64,000 bases of DNA from Nemertoderma westbladi (GCA_032718475.1 JAUCBJ010006959.1:1-64000), one strand, 5' to 3'; shown: positions 12,373 to 27,200, counted from the stretch's first letter. Notes: generated from the sequence alone by a model not told the origin. Translations and numbers: made by a program.

Positions 12373-12814
12373 CTAGGACAATCAAAACAATATGTTATAC
12401 GTCTGGAGTCCACCATATTCTAATGGACCTGAAGTTTTTTAAATGTTGTCAGTGTCACTAATTTCCAAATTGAATTGTCTCGCACACCAGTGGTCCTAGT
12501 ACTAATTTGTACTCTATGATGATGTACATATGAAAAACTTACAATAATATTTAACATAACTAGAATTAGCCGATAAGGAGGGGGGGTTCAGTGGAAAATA
12601 AATGCAAACGGCTTATTACTAGGAAACAAAAACTGTACCTTTGCTATTGACAATCTAGTTGATCGATCACTCTAAGTCTAAATTATCAATGCTGATAGAT
12701 AATCAACATTGTTAATTAGCTAAGATGAGGTTCGCTTCAATTACCCCACACTCCGCCTCATAATTCATTGTCCATGGTTCTATCCTATCTCGCCAGATCT
12801 ATTCAGAAGCACTG

Positions 12815-12871
12815 CACTGTAATTCTCTACGTAACAAGGAAGTGCTCCTTGTTACGTAGAGAATTACAGTG
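12815..12871. repeat. Perfect 26-bp inverted repeat with 5-nt loop in intron 1
   Basis: CACTGTAATTCTCTACGTAACAAGGA-agtgc-TCCTTGTTACGTAGAGAATTACAGTG. Confidence 0.92.
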
Positions 12872-12998
12872 AGAATTACGCTATAATATGGACGCTCTGA
12901 TTTATTCATAGCAATGTTACTGTTACATTTTGGAATAATACCGCTACCGAACTCATTCATTACAAAGAACTTTCTGATACTCGTGGCTTGCAACTTAC

Positions 12999-14017
12999 CA
13001 TATTACACGATAACTATTCTCCTCTTTATGGATATGTTGTAACAAGGATTGGACCCTAGAGAATCTACCGTGTAACGCAGCCATGTGCACCACAGTCCGC
13101 CCGTTGCGTCCGACCAGTCTCGCGTCCACTCCTTCCCTTAGCAACCGGTCCATAGCGACCGCCCCATGAGGCGAGGCCGCTGCATAGTGCAGCGCAGACA
13201 TCCCCTCGTTATTAATGGCCTCGGGGTCCAGCCCGTAGACAAGCAGGTCGTTTATCAGCGTGTCCTGGCCGTTCATTGCGGCGATGTGTAGTGCCGTGTT
13301 CCCAGACGCCGTGCGTGTCTGTACGGAGACCCCGTAGTCCATCAGGGTGAGAGCGACCTGCAGCTGACCAGCAGCACTGGCGCAATGCAACGCAGTAAAA
13401 CCCGACTTATCGGCGGCTTCCATCTCCGCTCCCGCGTCTATTAGAGATCGAACGATTTCAAGATGTCCCTGGAATGCGGCCCAGTGAAGGGCTTTCCGCT
13501 CCTTCTTATCGGGAAGATTAACTGAGGCTCCTTTACTGAGCAGCAGACTCACCATATCGAGATGGCCGTTGAAGGCTGCATGATGCAGAGAGCTCCTACC
13601 CGCACGGTCCAACATATTCGCGTTGCTGAGCTTTGGTAGTAGAAGTTCCGCTGATTGGATAGCGTCGTTGGCCGCGGCGATGTGCAACGGTGTCTGCCAG
13701 TTCTTATCACGGCAGTTCACATCCGCCGAGTGTTTTAGTAGAACCCGCACGACTTCATGTGACTTGGACGCGCAAGCATGGTGTAGCGGGGTCAGCCATT
13801 TGACGTCCTTTATATTGGCTTTGGCTCCGTTGATTATGAGTATGTCGGCGATCTCGTGCTCGCCGCAGAAGGCTGCTGCATGCAGCGGAGAACGACGCTC
13901 AGAGTCCTGGCTATTAACGTCCTCCTTGTTGTGTACAAGACAGCGGACCTCGTCTGGGTCGCCATTGAAACACGCTTTCACCAGGGGCGCCTGGTAGTCA
14001 ATCTGTTGAATTACCAT
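12999..14017 (-). CDS. ANKRD28: ANKRD28-like gene, first coding exon
   Basis: QAPLVKACFNGDPDEVR...KEDVN...KWLTPLH...KHSADVNCRDKNWQTPLHIAAAN is the characteristic ANKRD28/44/52 N-terminus; donor TG|GTAAGT at 12998. Confidence 0.92.
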
Positions 14018-14113
14018 TGTACAGTTCTGCAGTTGTATTCCGGATAATTATAATACCGGTATGCTAGAAATATTTAATTTTAATATAGGCCTAGCCTAAA
14101 AAATAAATGGGCC

Positions 14114-15240
14114 TTGATTGATTGATTGATATTTTTTTCCGATTAACAGATTAACAATATAAAACAATTTACATATTAAACACTAAAATAAGGAACTGGT
14201 AAATAATATATAATAGTGTATAGTGTACGTGTAGTTACTACTGTATTTAATTAATTAAGTAATAGAGGTAGGGCCTACTGATCAAACTGAAAGTAAATAA
14301 AAATGTAACTGAAAATAGTGTAGCTGTGTAGTGAACGTCTATGATATCGGGCTTGTCTAATCAGCACGATTTATGATTACTTAATTAAAAGTTTAAAAAT
14401 AGTCTTAATGAGCTGTACCAATTGCAAACGTTAAAATGGAGGGATAGCCTTATGCGGTGAACCGCGTTTCCATAAGGGTCCCAGTGAAATTCAAAATACA
14501 GCGGGCGATGAATATTATTTAAAATACAAACAGAACGGATTGGTGAACGATTAAAATACAGGTGGAATGAGGCAGAGGGACTGACATATTTAAAAAATTT
14601 AGAAATGGGCGTTGATAGTGACGATCTAAAAAATGATTAAGATTCAAGTAGGTTATGGTTGTGGCGGTGAGAAGTTTAAGTGGTGGTGGGATTGATTAAC
14701 TAAAAAATGATTAAAATACAAAATGGGGGGCTGAGGCTGATGATCTTAAAAATAATTAAAAAGATAGGTAGACTGACAAATTTAAAAATTACCAAAATAC
14801 AATTACATTTCGGGCGGTGAATCTAAAAATACTAAAAATCCAAACATGGCTAATAATGGAGGTAGAATATGTGGATGAGGCTGATAAAAATAATTAAAAG
14901 TTTAATTGAATTTGGCACGTTAACTGAAATGCAAATAAAATGTAGTTGATTGGATTAAAATCAAGCGAAAAGTTTGTAGAAAGGTATTTAAAAAAAAAGT
15001 TATATTTATTGATTAGTGAATGGCGATTCGGTTTCATTTGTTATTTTTTCGAGGTAATACTTCTTAACTTCATGTTTAAAAACAATTATTGAACTGGAAT
15101 TGGTTATGGTGGTGGGGAGATTATTCCACAGCTTGGGGCCGAGGAAACCGTGTGTCTGTGTGGAACGGATGCCGGTTCGCATGTTGATCGAAGGGAGTAG
15201 TTGGCTTCCCGGAAGTCGATGAGGTCCGCTAGGTACTGGG
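14114..15240 (-). mobile_element. 5'-truncated non-LTR retrotransposon 3' end (CR1/L2-like)
   Basis: ORF2-tail motif GPKLWNNLP..I..SSS...FK..VKKYYL at ~15050-15150, followed by an AT-rich UTR ending in a (TCAA)n tail at 14114-14130. Confidence 0.55.
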
Positions 15241-18200
15241 GTGCTTGGCTGTGTTTGATTTTGTACACCCACGCGAGACTACAGACTGCCTACAGACTAC
15301 AGACTGACAGACAAATATAAACAGATAAACACATAAATGAAGAGAAGAGGAAGGCCTGAGTCTGACTCGGACTAGGCATGTATGCTTCCAGTCAAGGCCA
15401 TCTAAATAACAGGCCATGACAAGGACCTAGCCTGTAAAATTATCGTAGATCAATTATCAGTTCAAGTCATCAATCAGATCAATCATCGCAAAATTATCAG
15501 ATGACACTAGCTGTAGCTGAGCCCAGTCAGCCAGTTGGGTTATCGTTCATATGCGTACCTCTGGCAAAAGAAGCAGGTTACAGTGGTGGTGTTTTCTAAC
15601 CAAAACAATAAACTAATCTCCATTACTTAATTAACGGAAAGGAGCAGGTTACAGTGGTGGGCTTTTCTAACCAAAACAATAAACAATATATCAATAACAT
15701 AGGGTATTTCATACTTATAGTCTTATTTTTGCAATACGAAAATACCAGAGGTACGCATATGAACTATAACTGCCAGTTGTTAATAATAGAAACATATCCT
15801 GATATCGGCTGTAAACACAGTTTTACACAAGATGATAAGGGCGTTACCGTACATTCTGTTGTCTAAGAAATATAAAATACAAGACTATCGGCTAATCGGG
15901 AGGAATAACTACTGAACTAATCCTCCCCGACTGTAGTCCTCCAATAATTACCATGATTATTATCCATAAAATAAGTATCATCGTGGTCTCCTTGAATACT
16001 ACCTGGCATTTTATGTCCAATATAAAGCGCTTTATTACTTCATCAATGTCGACTTCCTCAAATTCCGAGTATAAATAAATAACAATAACAAAAAAACATA
16101 ATTTTAAACAGATCAGAGCTATCCAGCTATCGGTATCTCCGCCCAACACAACCAACTCTCTATCCATCTCGAGCATCGAGTCAAGAAACTCTATCGAAAT
16201 ACCTGCTTATCACAGTCAGTTCTGCCAGTAGTATCCGCTATCCGTCCGTAGTCACTGGACCGCTGCTGTTTATTCCCGTAGAACAGTAAATAATTCCCGC
16301 AACTTCCGACCCAACTCGACAACAAATTCGCCTCACACTTTCGAGTCGCAGAGAACGTAATCCGGGCGATACACGTCTGCCCAATGTTCAACCATTTCCC
16401 CCAGGCGATCCCAGGATCCGGGCCGCCGCTAAACTCAGATCGCAATCCTCGACGATTCGTCCAGTCTGCCAGTCGTCGACCTAAGTCGGACTCTTCCCAC
16501 CGCACTCTAAGGTGGCGTGGGAGGCCGGAGTGAGGCATTAGGAACTTCAGAACTTGGCAGTGGCTCGCATTACGATCCGACCGATCGCCGTATTCAGTAT
16601 TCCCAGTTTAGTAACAGAGTAAACAGGTAAATAGAATCGTACTGACAAGCAACAAGCAAGCAATTCCGTGTATTTATACCTCCTGACCTCCGTCTGTCCG
16701 TTAATCACATATTGCAGTATTGATGCAACTCGGCTGTTCGGGTCCAGATACATCGGACTGTCGGAAGCGTTTCAGACAGTCTGACAGTCAGACAGTAACT
16801 GAGTAATGGAGCGACATTTGTGGATATTTCAGATGGTTTTATACTGTTATAGGCCTAATAAATAAGGGGATACAATGTTAAAACAAATGGAAACCCCAAT
16901 ATACAGATATACAGATATACCTAAGAACCTAACACAGTACAGCAGTAACAGTACAGCCTGACAGCAGTATATAGCTTAGGCTGTTAGTTAGGCACAGTTT
17001 AGGTAGGCCCACCATAATCAGCACAGTCAGCCTACGATAATTTTGAAGGCTAGGTCCTTGTCATCAGGTCATGGCCTGTTGTTTAGATCAGTAGATGGCC
17101 TTGCTTCCAGCAGTCCAGTGCGGCAGTCTTGCAGTCCAGTCAAGAGTCAGACAGTACAGCATACAGCCTGACAGCTGCAGTAGGGAACCCTGTAACTCTG
17201 GTGTCTAGCACCACCAGGCTGCCAGGCCACCAGCAGACCCTCACGAAGTCACGAAGCTTCTGCTAGGGTATCTCTGTACAGCTGTATCTCTGCATCTGGC
17301 CGGTTCTCTGCTAGTCCAGTTAGTCTGCTACATGTCAGCCTGTATCCATAAGGAAGGTACTTAGGTACCGGTACCGGTACAGTCTCTTTATATGCATTTT
17401 TTGTTTGTGTCTCGATAACGCAGAGGTTGTTCGTTGTTGAGAATTCCTACTTCGTATCGCATAATTTACATTCCACCACTTTTTTAATCGTCTCATTACT
17501 GCTCCCATGTTTGCGCTTACAATGTTTATTTAGGTTGTCTTTCGTTGAGTAACTACAGTACCGGTATCCTAGTATCCTAGAGTACTACACGTTCGACGGG
17601 CCTTCGCGCAGCACGAGGCTCAGTTATGAGATACAGATTAATATTGAGCGATTCTACTGTATCACAAACTCGGTATCTAAGAAATTTAACCAAACACCAG
17701 TAAATCAAAGAGAGGGAAAAGACCCCCCTCTTAACCTCCCTCTCAATCTGCACCACCCCTAACCCAAAGGCGCACACAGGATTGATGAAAGGCAGATGTA
17801 TTAACATAAAATGTGTGTTTTAAAAGTAATATGTTATATTTATATTTAATATAACACAAAATAAAACGGGAAGCGATTCACAAATATACAAACAGCACAA
17901 ATTTCTAGTAAAAATAATTAAAGATCGCATATTATTTAATTTACTTAACCTACAAAGAAATCAATAAACTCATGTTATTGGTAACATGTTAAACTCATAA
18001 AGTAATATATTAAATATTTTAGGAGTGGAGGCAACCCAACTTGTAAGAAATATTAAAAGTGACCTTATGCCGATAGTATTGATACTGAGATATTAAATTA
18101 TAATGTCAACGAAAGAATCATGATTAAGTACTCGGCCAATCATTTTGTAAGTACAATAACCAAGCTGGCTTATTATTCTGGCTCATTACAATGCTGCCTT

Positions 18201-21200
18201 TGAGTAGAGGTGAGGTGTGGTTGGACTGGTTCCCCTTCGAAGCTAGGCTAGGCATACCAACGAAGGAGGGAGCTATAGCTGGAGACGGGGCATTTTAATA
18301 AGTTAATTACGTTTAGATTAATTAAAAACACATTTCTTAAAGCAAATCTCTTGAACTATAATTAAAACTATAATGGAATGGGGTATGGGGAATACAGCTG
18401 TATAATTGTTAAGTATATAATTATTTAAATCTTATACTAGAAAATAATTAATATCCTTTAAGAGGCAGGCTGTTTTCACCCTAATCAACTTAATTAACTA
18501 ATTAACTGCTATTATCTTAGCATCTCGAAGGCCACACGGAAATTCAACTTGGAAAATTTCTAAAATTTCTTCTACTAAAGAGTTACTTTAATACAGCTTG
18601 TGGCAATATGCCAAATGCTCCATTACAAGATCGTAAGTACAGTACTACTGTATGTATACTATGGGGAGAGCATAGCTTCAGGCCTTCAGCTGATACACAA
18701 TCAGTGTAGGCCTACTATCAATGTACCTGTGTACCTAGAGTTTGTGTAGTGTACAATGTTAGATGCCATCGAAACGAAATAGGATGGATCTTAGGTACAT
18801 GTGGTGATCAGCAGCAAGGACATACAAAATATGTCACTACAAAATACACAACAATATCAAATTACAAAAAACGTTATAAATATTATAACGCCATCTAGGG
18901 AAGTTTACAGGAAACAACTAAATTGCGCTAGAATAATCCTGACCGCTGATTGGAGGATAACAAAGAGGGATAGATAGGCAGGATAATACCTATAAGTCAG
19001 TAAGATATCAAGATATGGTCAGTACAATACAGTACCTACAGTAGTAGTTTAGATTCGTGTTTCTTTTTGGATGTCTGACATCTGACGTATGTACAGATGT
19101 ATTTTGATTTATCTGTTTTGATTAGATTTATCTGCAGTAATTATGTTCTGATGTTATGAACTAACAAACGAATCGTTTTAGCCAGCCTGCCAGTTAACGG
19201 GAGATTTTCTTCAGGGAAACCAGAAAAACGAAGTGGTAGATTGCCACGGAACCCGGGGTCGACCTTATCCTGTTATCCAGCTTTCACATACAGTCGTACA
19301 GTAGTCAACGGTATAAATATTATTCATTCCAGAACATGCATTTATGTAACATGGGGTGAACCGGTGGTGGAAAAGGTGAGTTGATTTTATTGATTGTCTG
19401 GCTAGCTGCATGGCTGCCTGGGATATAATAAGCGGAAGTCAAGGTGAGGAGATTGATTGCTCGTGAGCTGTGCATGTTCTATTCAAGGCTAATACTACAG
19501 GCTAATACAATCAGACAATAATAATATACAGTATAATATAGTATTATTTTTCCGTAAGTACAGTATGTTGCACAGTTGTTCCTTAAATGAGTGTATTGCT
19601 CATACTACTACTACTACTACAGTATAGTAGGTCGTGCGATCACGGACATTCTAATTGTACAGTAATTATATTGTTAATCATCTATTATAATGTAAAGACC
19701 CACCTTCGTGTTGTGTTGATATACTGTAACTATTTTAAATATTTCATTTTAATTAACTTATTAAGCACTTCTCTTCGCCCGAGTGAAGAATACAAGTTTT
19801 TCACTTTTCCGTCTAAATTTTGGTAAATTTTAAAATAATTGAATTAATGAATTAATTCATGATAATGAATTTGTATTTTGTCAAATTTATCCTTATTAAG
19901 TATTTTATAGCGTTTATTTTTATCTTATAATAGGTACGTACTGTACAGATACTAATTAGTTTTTGTTTTGGTTAGCTTTAGCCTTTCTTTAACCTGGGTA
20001 TTTAGAGAAAACCTGGTATTCTTTACATTCTTGTTTTCACATGATGGGCAATTAAATTTGTCTCACCAAAACAAGAACATATTATTATATTTAATATCTT
20101 GTGATGGAGCATTGGTATCCAATGATAAGACTGGATTCAAATATGGAAATAAAGTTTAGTTTATTGTTTTGAGTAGGAAACACCGCCACTGTAACCTACT
20201 CCTTCCCTTTAATGATTTTATTATTATTAAATAACATTATTTTTTTTAAAGGTACACCCCCACGCTGGGTAAATATTTTTTTTAATTTAATGATTAAAAT
20301 GTAATACTTAATAAATAAAATATATATAACCTAAAATAAATTTATTATAAATTTAAGTTGATGCTACCTGTATATTGGGGGAGAGGGACACGATAAGTGA
20401 TATAGATACTGTAGTTCTTCACAACGGCCATGGCAAAATCTGCATATAGATTCGGGAGATGGACCATGGAAGGGTTTGGAGATCTCCCATAGTTTGTGGT
20501 GGTAGCCACGGCTGGTAAATCTGGTAACCAATCACATGTCAATTACTTTTGACCTGGTAACTTGTGGTGGAAGCCACGGCTGGTAAATCTGGTAACCAAT
20601 CACATGTCAATTACTTTTGACCTGGTAACTTGTGGTGGAAGCCACGGCTGGTAAATCTGGTAACCAATCACATGTCAATTACTTTTGACCTGGTAACTTT
20701 GTGGTGGTAGCCACGGCTGGTAAATCTGGTAACCAATCACATGTCAATTACTTTTGACCTGGTAACTTGTGGTGGAAGCCACGGCTGGTAAATCTGGTAA
20801 CCAATCACATGTCAATTTCCTTTGACCTGGTAACTTTGTGGTGGAAGCCATGGTTGGTAAATCTGGTAATCAATCACATGTCATTTACTTTTAACCTGGT
20901 AACTTTGTGGTGGTAGCCACGGCTGGTAAATCTGGTAACCAATCACATGTCAATTTCTTTTGACCTGGTAACTTTGTGGTGGTAGCCACGGCTGGTAAAT
21001 CTGGTAATCAATCACATCACATGTCATTTTCGATTTTCTTTTGACCTGGTAACTTTGTGGTGGTAGCCACGGCTGGTAAATCTGGTAATCAATCACATGT
21101 CATTTACTTTTAACCTGGTAACTTTGTGGTGGTAGCCACGGCTGGTAAATCTGGTAACCAATCACATGTCAATTTCTTTTGACCTGGTAACTTTGTGGTG

Positions 21201-24200
21201 GTAGCCACGGCTGGTAAATCTGGTAATCAATCACATCACATGTCATTTTCGATTTTCTTTTGACTTGGTAACTTTGTGGTGGTAGCCACGGCTGGTAAAT
21301 CTGGTAACCAATCACATGTCATTTACTTTTAACCTGGTAACTTTGTGGTGGTAGCCACGGCTGGTAAATCTGGTAACCAATCACATGTCAATTTCTTTTG
21401 ACCTGGTAACTTTGTGGTGGTAGCCACGGCTGGTAAATCTGGTAATCAATCACATCACATGTCATTTTCGATTTTCTTTTGACCTGGTAACTTTGTGGTG
21501 GTAGCCACGGCTGGTAAATCTGGTAATCAATCACATGTCATTTACTTTTAACCTGGTAACTTTGTGGTGGTAGCCACGGCTGGTAAATCTGGTAACCAAT
21601 CACATGTCAATTTCTTTTGACCTGGTAACTTTGTGGTGGTAGCCACGGCTGGTAAATCTGGTAATCAATCACATCACATGTCATTTTCGATTTTAATTTG
21701 ACCTGGTAACTTTGTGGTGGTAGCCACGGCTGGTAAATCTGGTAACCAATCACATGTCATTTACTTTTAACCTGGTAACTTTGTGGTGGTAGCCACGGCT
21801 GGTAAATCTGGTAACCAATCACATGTCAATTTCTTTTGACCTGGTAACTTGTGGTGGAAGCCATGGTTGGTAAATCTGGTAATCAATTACATGTCAGTTT
21901 CTTTTGACCTGGTAACTTTGTGGTGGTAGCCACGGCTGGTAAATCTGGTAATCAATCACATCACATGTCATTTTCGATTTTCTTTTGACCTGGTAACTTT
22001 GTGGTGGAAGCCATGGTTGGTAAATCTGGTAATCAATTACATGTCAGTTTCTTTTGACCTGGTAACTTTGTGGTGGTAGCCACGGCTGGTAAATCTGGTA
22101 ACCAATCACATGTCATTTACTTTTAACCTGGTAACTTGTGGTGGAAGCCATGGTTGGTAAATCTGGCAATCAATTACATGTCAGTTTCTTTTGACCTGGT
22201 AACTTTGTGGTGGAAGCCATGGCTGGTAAATCTGGTAACCAATCACATGTCATTTACTTTTAACCTGGTAACTTGTGGTGGAAGCCATGGTTGGTAAATC
22301 TGGTAATCAATCACATCACATGTCATTTTCGATTTTCTTTTGACCTGGTAACTTTGTGGTGGAAGCCATGGCTGGTAAATCTGGTAACCAATCACATGTC
22401 ATTTACTTTTAACCTGGTAACTTGTGGTGGAAGCCATGGTTGGTAAATCTGGTAATCAATCACATCACACGTCATTTTCGATTTTCTTTTGACCTGGTAA
22501 CTTTGTGGTGGAAGCCATGGCTAGTAAATCTGGTAATCAATCACATCACATGTCATTTTCGATTTTCTTTTGACCTGGTAACTTTGTGGTGGAAGCCATG
22601 GTTGGTAAATCTGGTAATCAATTACATGTCAGTTTCTTTTGACCTGGTAACTTTGTGGTGGTAGCCACGGCTGGTAAATCTGGTAACCAATCACATGTCA
22701 TTTACTTTTAACCTGGTAACTTGTGGTGGAAGCCATGGTTGGTAAATCTGGTAATCAATTACATGTCAGTTTCTTTTGACCTGGTAACTTTGTGGTGGAA
22801 GCCATGGCTGGTAAATCTGGTAACCAATCACATGTCATTTACTTTTAACCTGGTAACTTGTGGTGGAAGCTATGGTTGGTAAATCTGGTAATCAATTACA
22901 TGTCAGTTTCTTTTGACCTGGTAACTTTGTGGTGGTAGCCACGGCTGGTAAATCTGGTAACCAATCACATGTCATTCACTTTTAACCTGGTAACTTGTGG
23001 TGGAAGCCATGGTTGGTAAATCTGGTAATCAATTACATGTCAGTTTCTTTTGACCTGGTAACTTTGTGGTGGAAGCCATGGCTGGTAAATCTGGTAATCA
23101 ATCACATCACATGTCATTTTCGATTTTCTTTTGACCTGGTAACTTTGTGGTGGAAGCCATGGTTGGTAAATCTGGTAATCAATTACATGTCAGTTTCTTT
23201 TGACCTGGTAACTTTGTGGTGGTAGCCACGGCTGGTAAATCTGGTAACCAATCACATGTCATTTACTTTTAACCTGGTAACTTGTGGTGGAAACTATGGT
23301 TGGTAAATCTGGTAATCAATTACATGTCAGTTTCTTTTGACCTGGTAACTTTGTGGTGCTAGCCACGGCTGGTAAATCTGGTAACCAATCACATGTCAAT
23401 TTCTTTTGACCTGGTAACTTGTGGTGGAAGCCATGGTTGGTAAATCTGGTAATCAATTACATGTCAGTTTCTTTTGACCTGGTAACTTTGTGGTGGTAGC
23501 CACGGCTGGTAAATCTGGTAATCAATCACATCACATGTCATTTTCGATTTTCTTTTGACCTGGTAACTTTGTGGTGGAAGCCATGGTTGGTAAATCTGGT
23601 AATCAATTACATGTCAGTTTCTTTTGACCTGGTAACTTTGTGGTGGTAGCCACGGCTGGTAAATCTGGTAACCAATCACATGTCATTTACTTTTAACCTG
23701 GTAACTTGTGGTGGAAGCCATGGTTGGTAAATCTGGCAATCAATTACATGTCAGTTTCTTTTGACCTGGTAACTTTGTGGTGGAAGCCATGGCTGGTAAA
23801 TCTGGTAACCAATCACATGTCATTTACTTTTAACCTGGTAACTTGTGGTGGAAGCCATGGTTGGTAAATCTGGTAATCAATCACATCACATGTCATTTTC
23901 GATTTTCTTTTGACCTGGTAACTTTGTGGTGGAAGCCATGGCTGGTAAATCTGGTAACCAATCACATGTCATTTACTTTTAACCTGGTAACTTGTGGTGG
24001 AAGCCATGGTTGATAAATCTGGTAATCAATCACATCACACGTCATTTTCGATTTTCTTTTGACCTGGTAACTTTGTGGTGGAAGCCATGGCTAGTAAATC
24101 TGGTAATCAATCACATCACATGTCATTTTCGATTTTCTTTTGACCTGGTAACTTTGTGGTGGAAGCCATGGTTGGTAAATCTGGTAATCAATTACATGTC

Positions 24201-27200
24201 AGTTTCTTTTGACCTGGTAACTTTGTGGTGGTAGCCACGGCTGGTAAATCTGGTAACCAATCACATGTCATTTACTTTTAACCTGGTAACTTGTGGTGGA
24301 AGCCATGGTTGGTAAATCTGGTAATCAATTACATGTCAGTTTCTTTTGACCTGGTAACTTTGTGGTGGAAGCCATGGCTGGTAAATCTGGTAACCAATCA
24401 CATGTCATTTACTTTTAACCTGGTAACTTGTGGTGGAAGCTATGGTTGGTAAATCTGGTAATCAATTACATGTCAGTTTCTTTTGACCTGGTAACTTTGT
24501 GGTGGTAGCCACGGCTGGTAAATCTGGTAACCAATCACATGTCATTCACTTTTAACCTGGTAACTTGTGGTGGAAGCCATGGTTGGTAAATCTGGTAATC
24601 AATTACATGTCAGTTTCTTTTGACCTGGTAACTTTGTGGTGGAAGCCATGGCTGGTAAATCTGGTAATCAATCACATCACATGTCATTTTCGATTTTCTT
24701 TTGACCTGGTAACTTTGTGGTGGAAGCCATGGTTGGTAAATCTGGTAATCAATTACATGTCAGTTTCTTTTGACCTGGTAACTTTGTGGTGGTAGCCACG
24801 GCTGGTAAATCTGGTAACCAATCACATGTCATTTACTTTTAACCTGGTAACTTGTGGTGGAAACTATGGTTGGTAAATCTGGAAATCAATCACATCACAT
24901 GTCATTTTCGATTTTCTTTTGACCTGGTAACTTTGTGGTGGAAGCCATCGTTGGTAAATCTGGTAATCAATCACATGTCATTTTCTTTTGACCTGGTAAC
25001 TTTGTGGTGGAAGCCATGGTTGGTAAATCTGGTAATCAATCACATGTCATTTTCATTTGACCTGGTAACTTTGTGGTGGATAAGCCATTGTTGGTAAATC
25101 TGGTAATCAATCACATCACATGTCATTTTCGATTTTCTTTTGACCTGGTAACTTTGTGGTGGAAGCCATGGTTGGTAAATCTGGTAATCAATTACATGTC
25201 AGTTTCTTTTGACCTGGTAACTTTGTGGTGGTAGCCACGGCTGGTAAATCTGGTAACCAATCACATGTCATTTACTTTTGACCTGGTAACTTGTGGTGGA
25301 AACCATGGTTGGTAAATCTGGTAATCAATCACATCACATGTCATTTTCGATTTTCTTTTGATCTGGTAACTCTGTGGTGGAAGCCATGGTTGGTAAATCT
25401 GGTAATCAATCACATCACATGTCATTTTCTTTTGACCGGGTAACTTTGTGGTGGAAGCCATGGTTGGTAAATCTGGTAATCAATCACATGTCCTATTCCT
25501 TTGACCTGAACTTTATGGTGGAAGCCATGGTTGGTAAATCTGGTAATCAATCACATGTCATTTTCTTTTGACCTTGTAACTTTGTGGTGGAAACCATGGT
25601 TGGTAAATCTGGTAATCAATCACATGTCCTACAGTATTCCTTTGACCTGGTAACTTTATGGTGGAAGCCATGGTTGGTAAATCTGGTAATCAATCACATT
25701 ACATGTCATTTACTTTTAACCTGGTAACTTTGTGGTGGAAGCCATGGTTGGTAAATCTGGTAATCAATCACATCACATGTCATTTACTTTTAACCTGGTA
25801 ACTTTGTGGTGGAAGCCATGGTTGGTAAATCTGGTAACCAATCACATGTCATTTAATTTTAACCTGGTAACTTGTGGTGGAAGCCATGGTTGGTAAATCT
25901 GGTAATCAATCGATTGTCCTACAGTATTCCTTTGGACTGGTAACTTTGTGGTGGAAGCAATAATGTGTAAATCTGCTAATCAATCACATGTCCTATTCCT
26001 TTGACACGGTAACTTTGTGGTGGAAGCCATGGTTGGTAAATCTGGTAATCAATCATATTTCCTACAGTATTGCTTTGACCTGGTAACTTTGTGGTGGAAG
26101 CCATGGTTGGTAAATCTGGTAATCAATCACATGTCAATTTCTTTTGACCTGGTAACTTGTGGTGGAAGCCATGGTTGGTAAATCTGGTAATCAATTACAT
26201 GTCAGTTTCTTTTGACCTGGTAACTTTGTGGTGGTAGCCACGGCTGGTAAATCTGGTAACCAATCACATGTCATTTACTTTTAACCTGGTAACTTGTGGT
26301 GGAAGCCATGGTTGGTAAATCTGGTAATCAATTACATGTCAGTTTCTTTTGACCTGGTAACTTTGTGGTGGAAGCCATGGCTGGTAAATCTGGTAACCAA
26401 TCACATGTCATTTACTTTTAACCTGGTAACTTGTGGTGGAAGCCATGGTTGGTAAATCTGGTAATCAATCACATCACATGTCATTTTCGATTTTCTTTTG
26501 ACCTGGTAACTTTGTGGTGGAAGCCATGGCTGGTAAATCTGGTAACCAATCACATGTCATTTACTTTTAACCTGGTAACTTGTGGTGGAAGCCATGGTTG
26601 GTAAATCTGGTAATCAATCACATCACATGTCATTTTCGATTTTCTTTTGACCTGGTAACTTTGTGGTGGAAGCCATGGCTGGTAAATCTGGTAATCAATC
26701 ACATCACATGTCATTTTCGATTTTCTTTTGACCTGGTAACTTTGTGGTGGAAGCCATGGTTGGTAAATCTGGTAACCAATCACATGTAATATACTTTTAA
26801 CCTGGTAACTTGTGGTGGAAGCCATGGTTGGTAAATCTGGTAATCAATTACATGTCAGTTTCTTTTGACCTGGTAACTTTGTGGTGGAAGCCATGGCTGG
26901 TAAATCTGGTAACCAATCACATGTCATTTAATTTTAACCTGGTAACTTGTGGTGGAAGCCATGGTTGGTAAATCTGGTAATCAATTACATGTCAGTTTCT
27001 TTTGACCTGGTAACTTTGTGTTGGTAGCCACGGCTGGTAAATCTGGTAACCAATCACATGTCATTTACTTTTAACCTGGTAACTTGTGGTGGAAGCCATG
27101 GTTGGTAAATCTGGTAATCAATTACATGGTCAGTTTCTTTTGACCTGGTAACTTTGTGGTGGAAGCCATGGCTGGTAAATCTGGTAACCAATCACATGTC

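Noticed and set aside
20410-20500. QRPWQNLHID..GPWKG resembling a Gypsy integrase motif, or a minus-strand exon at the satellite edge
   Set aside because: Too short, stops nearby, no supporting flanking homology
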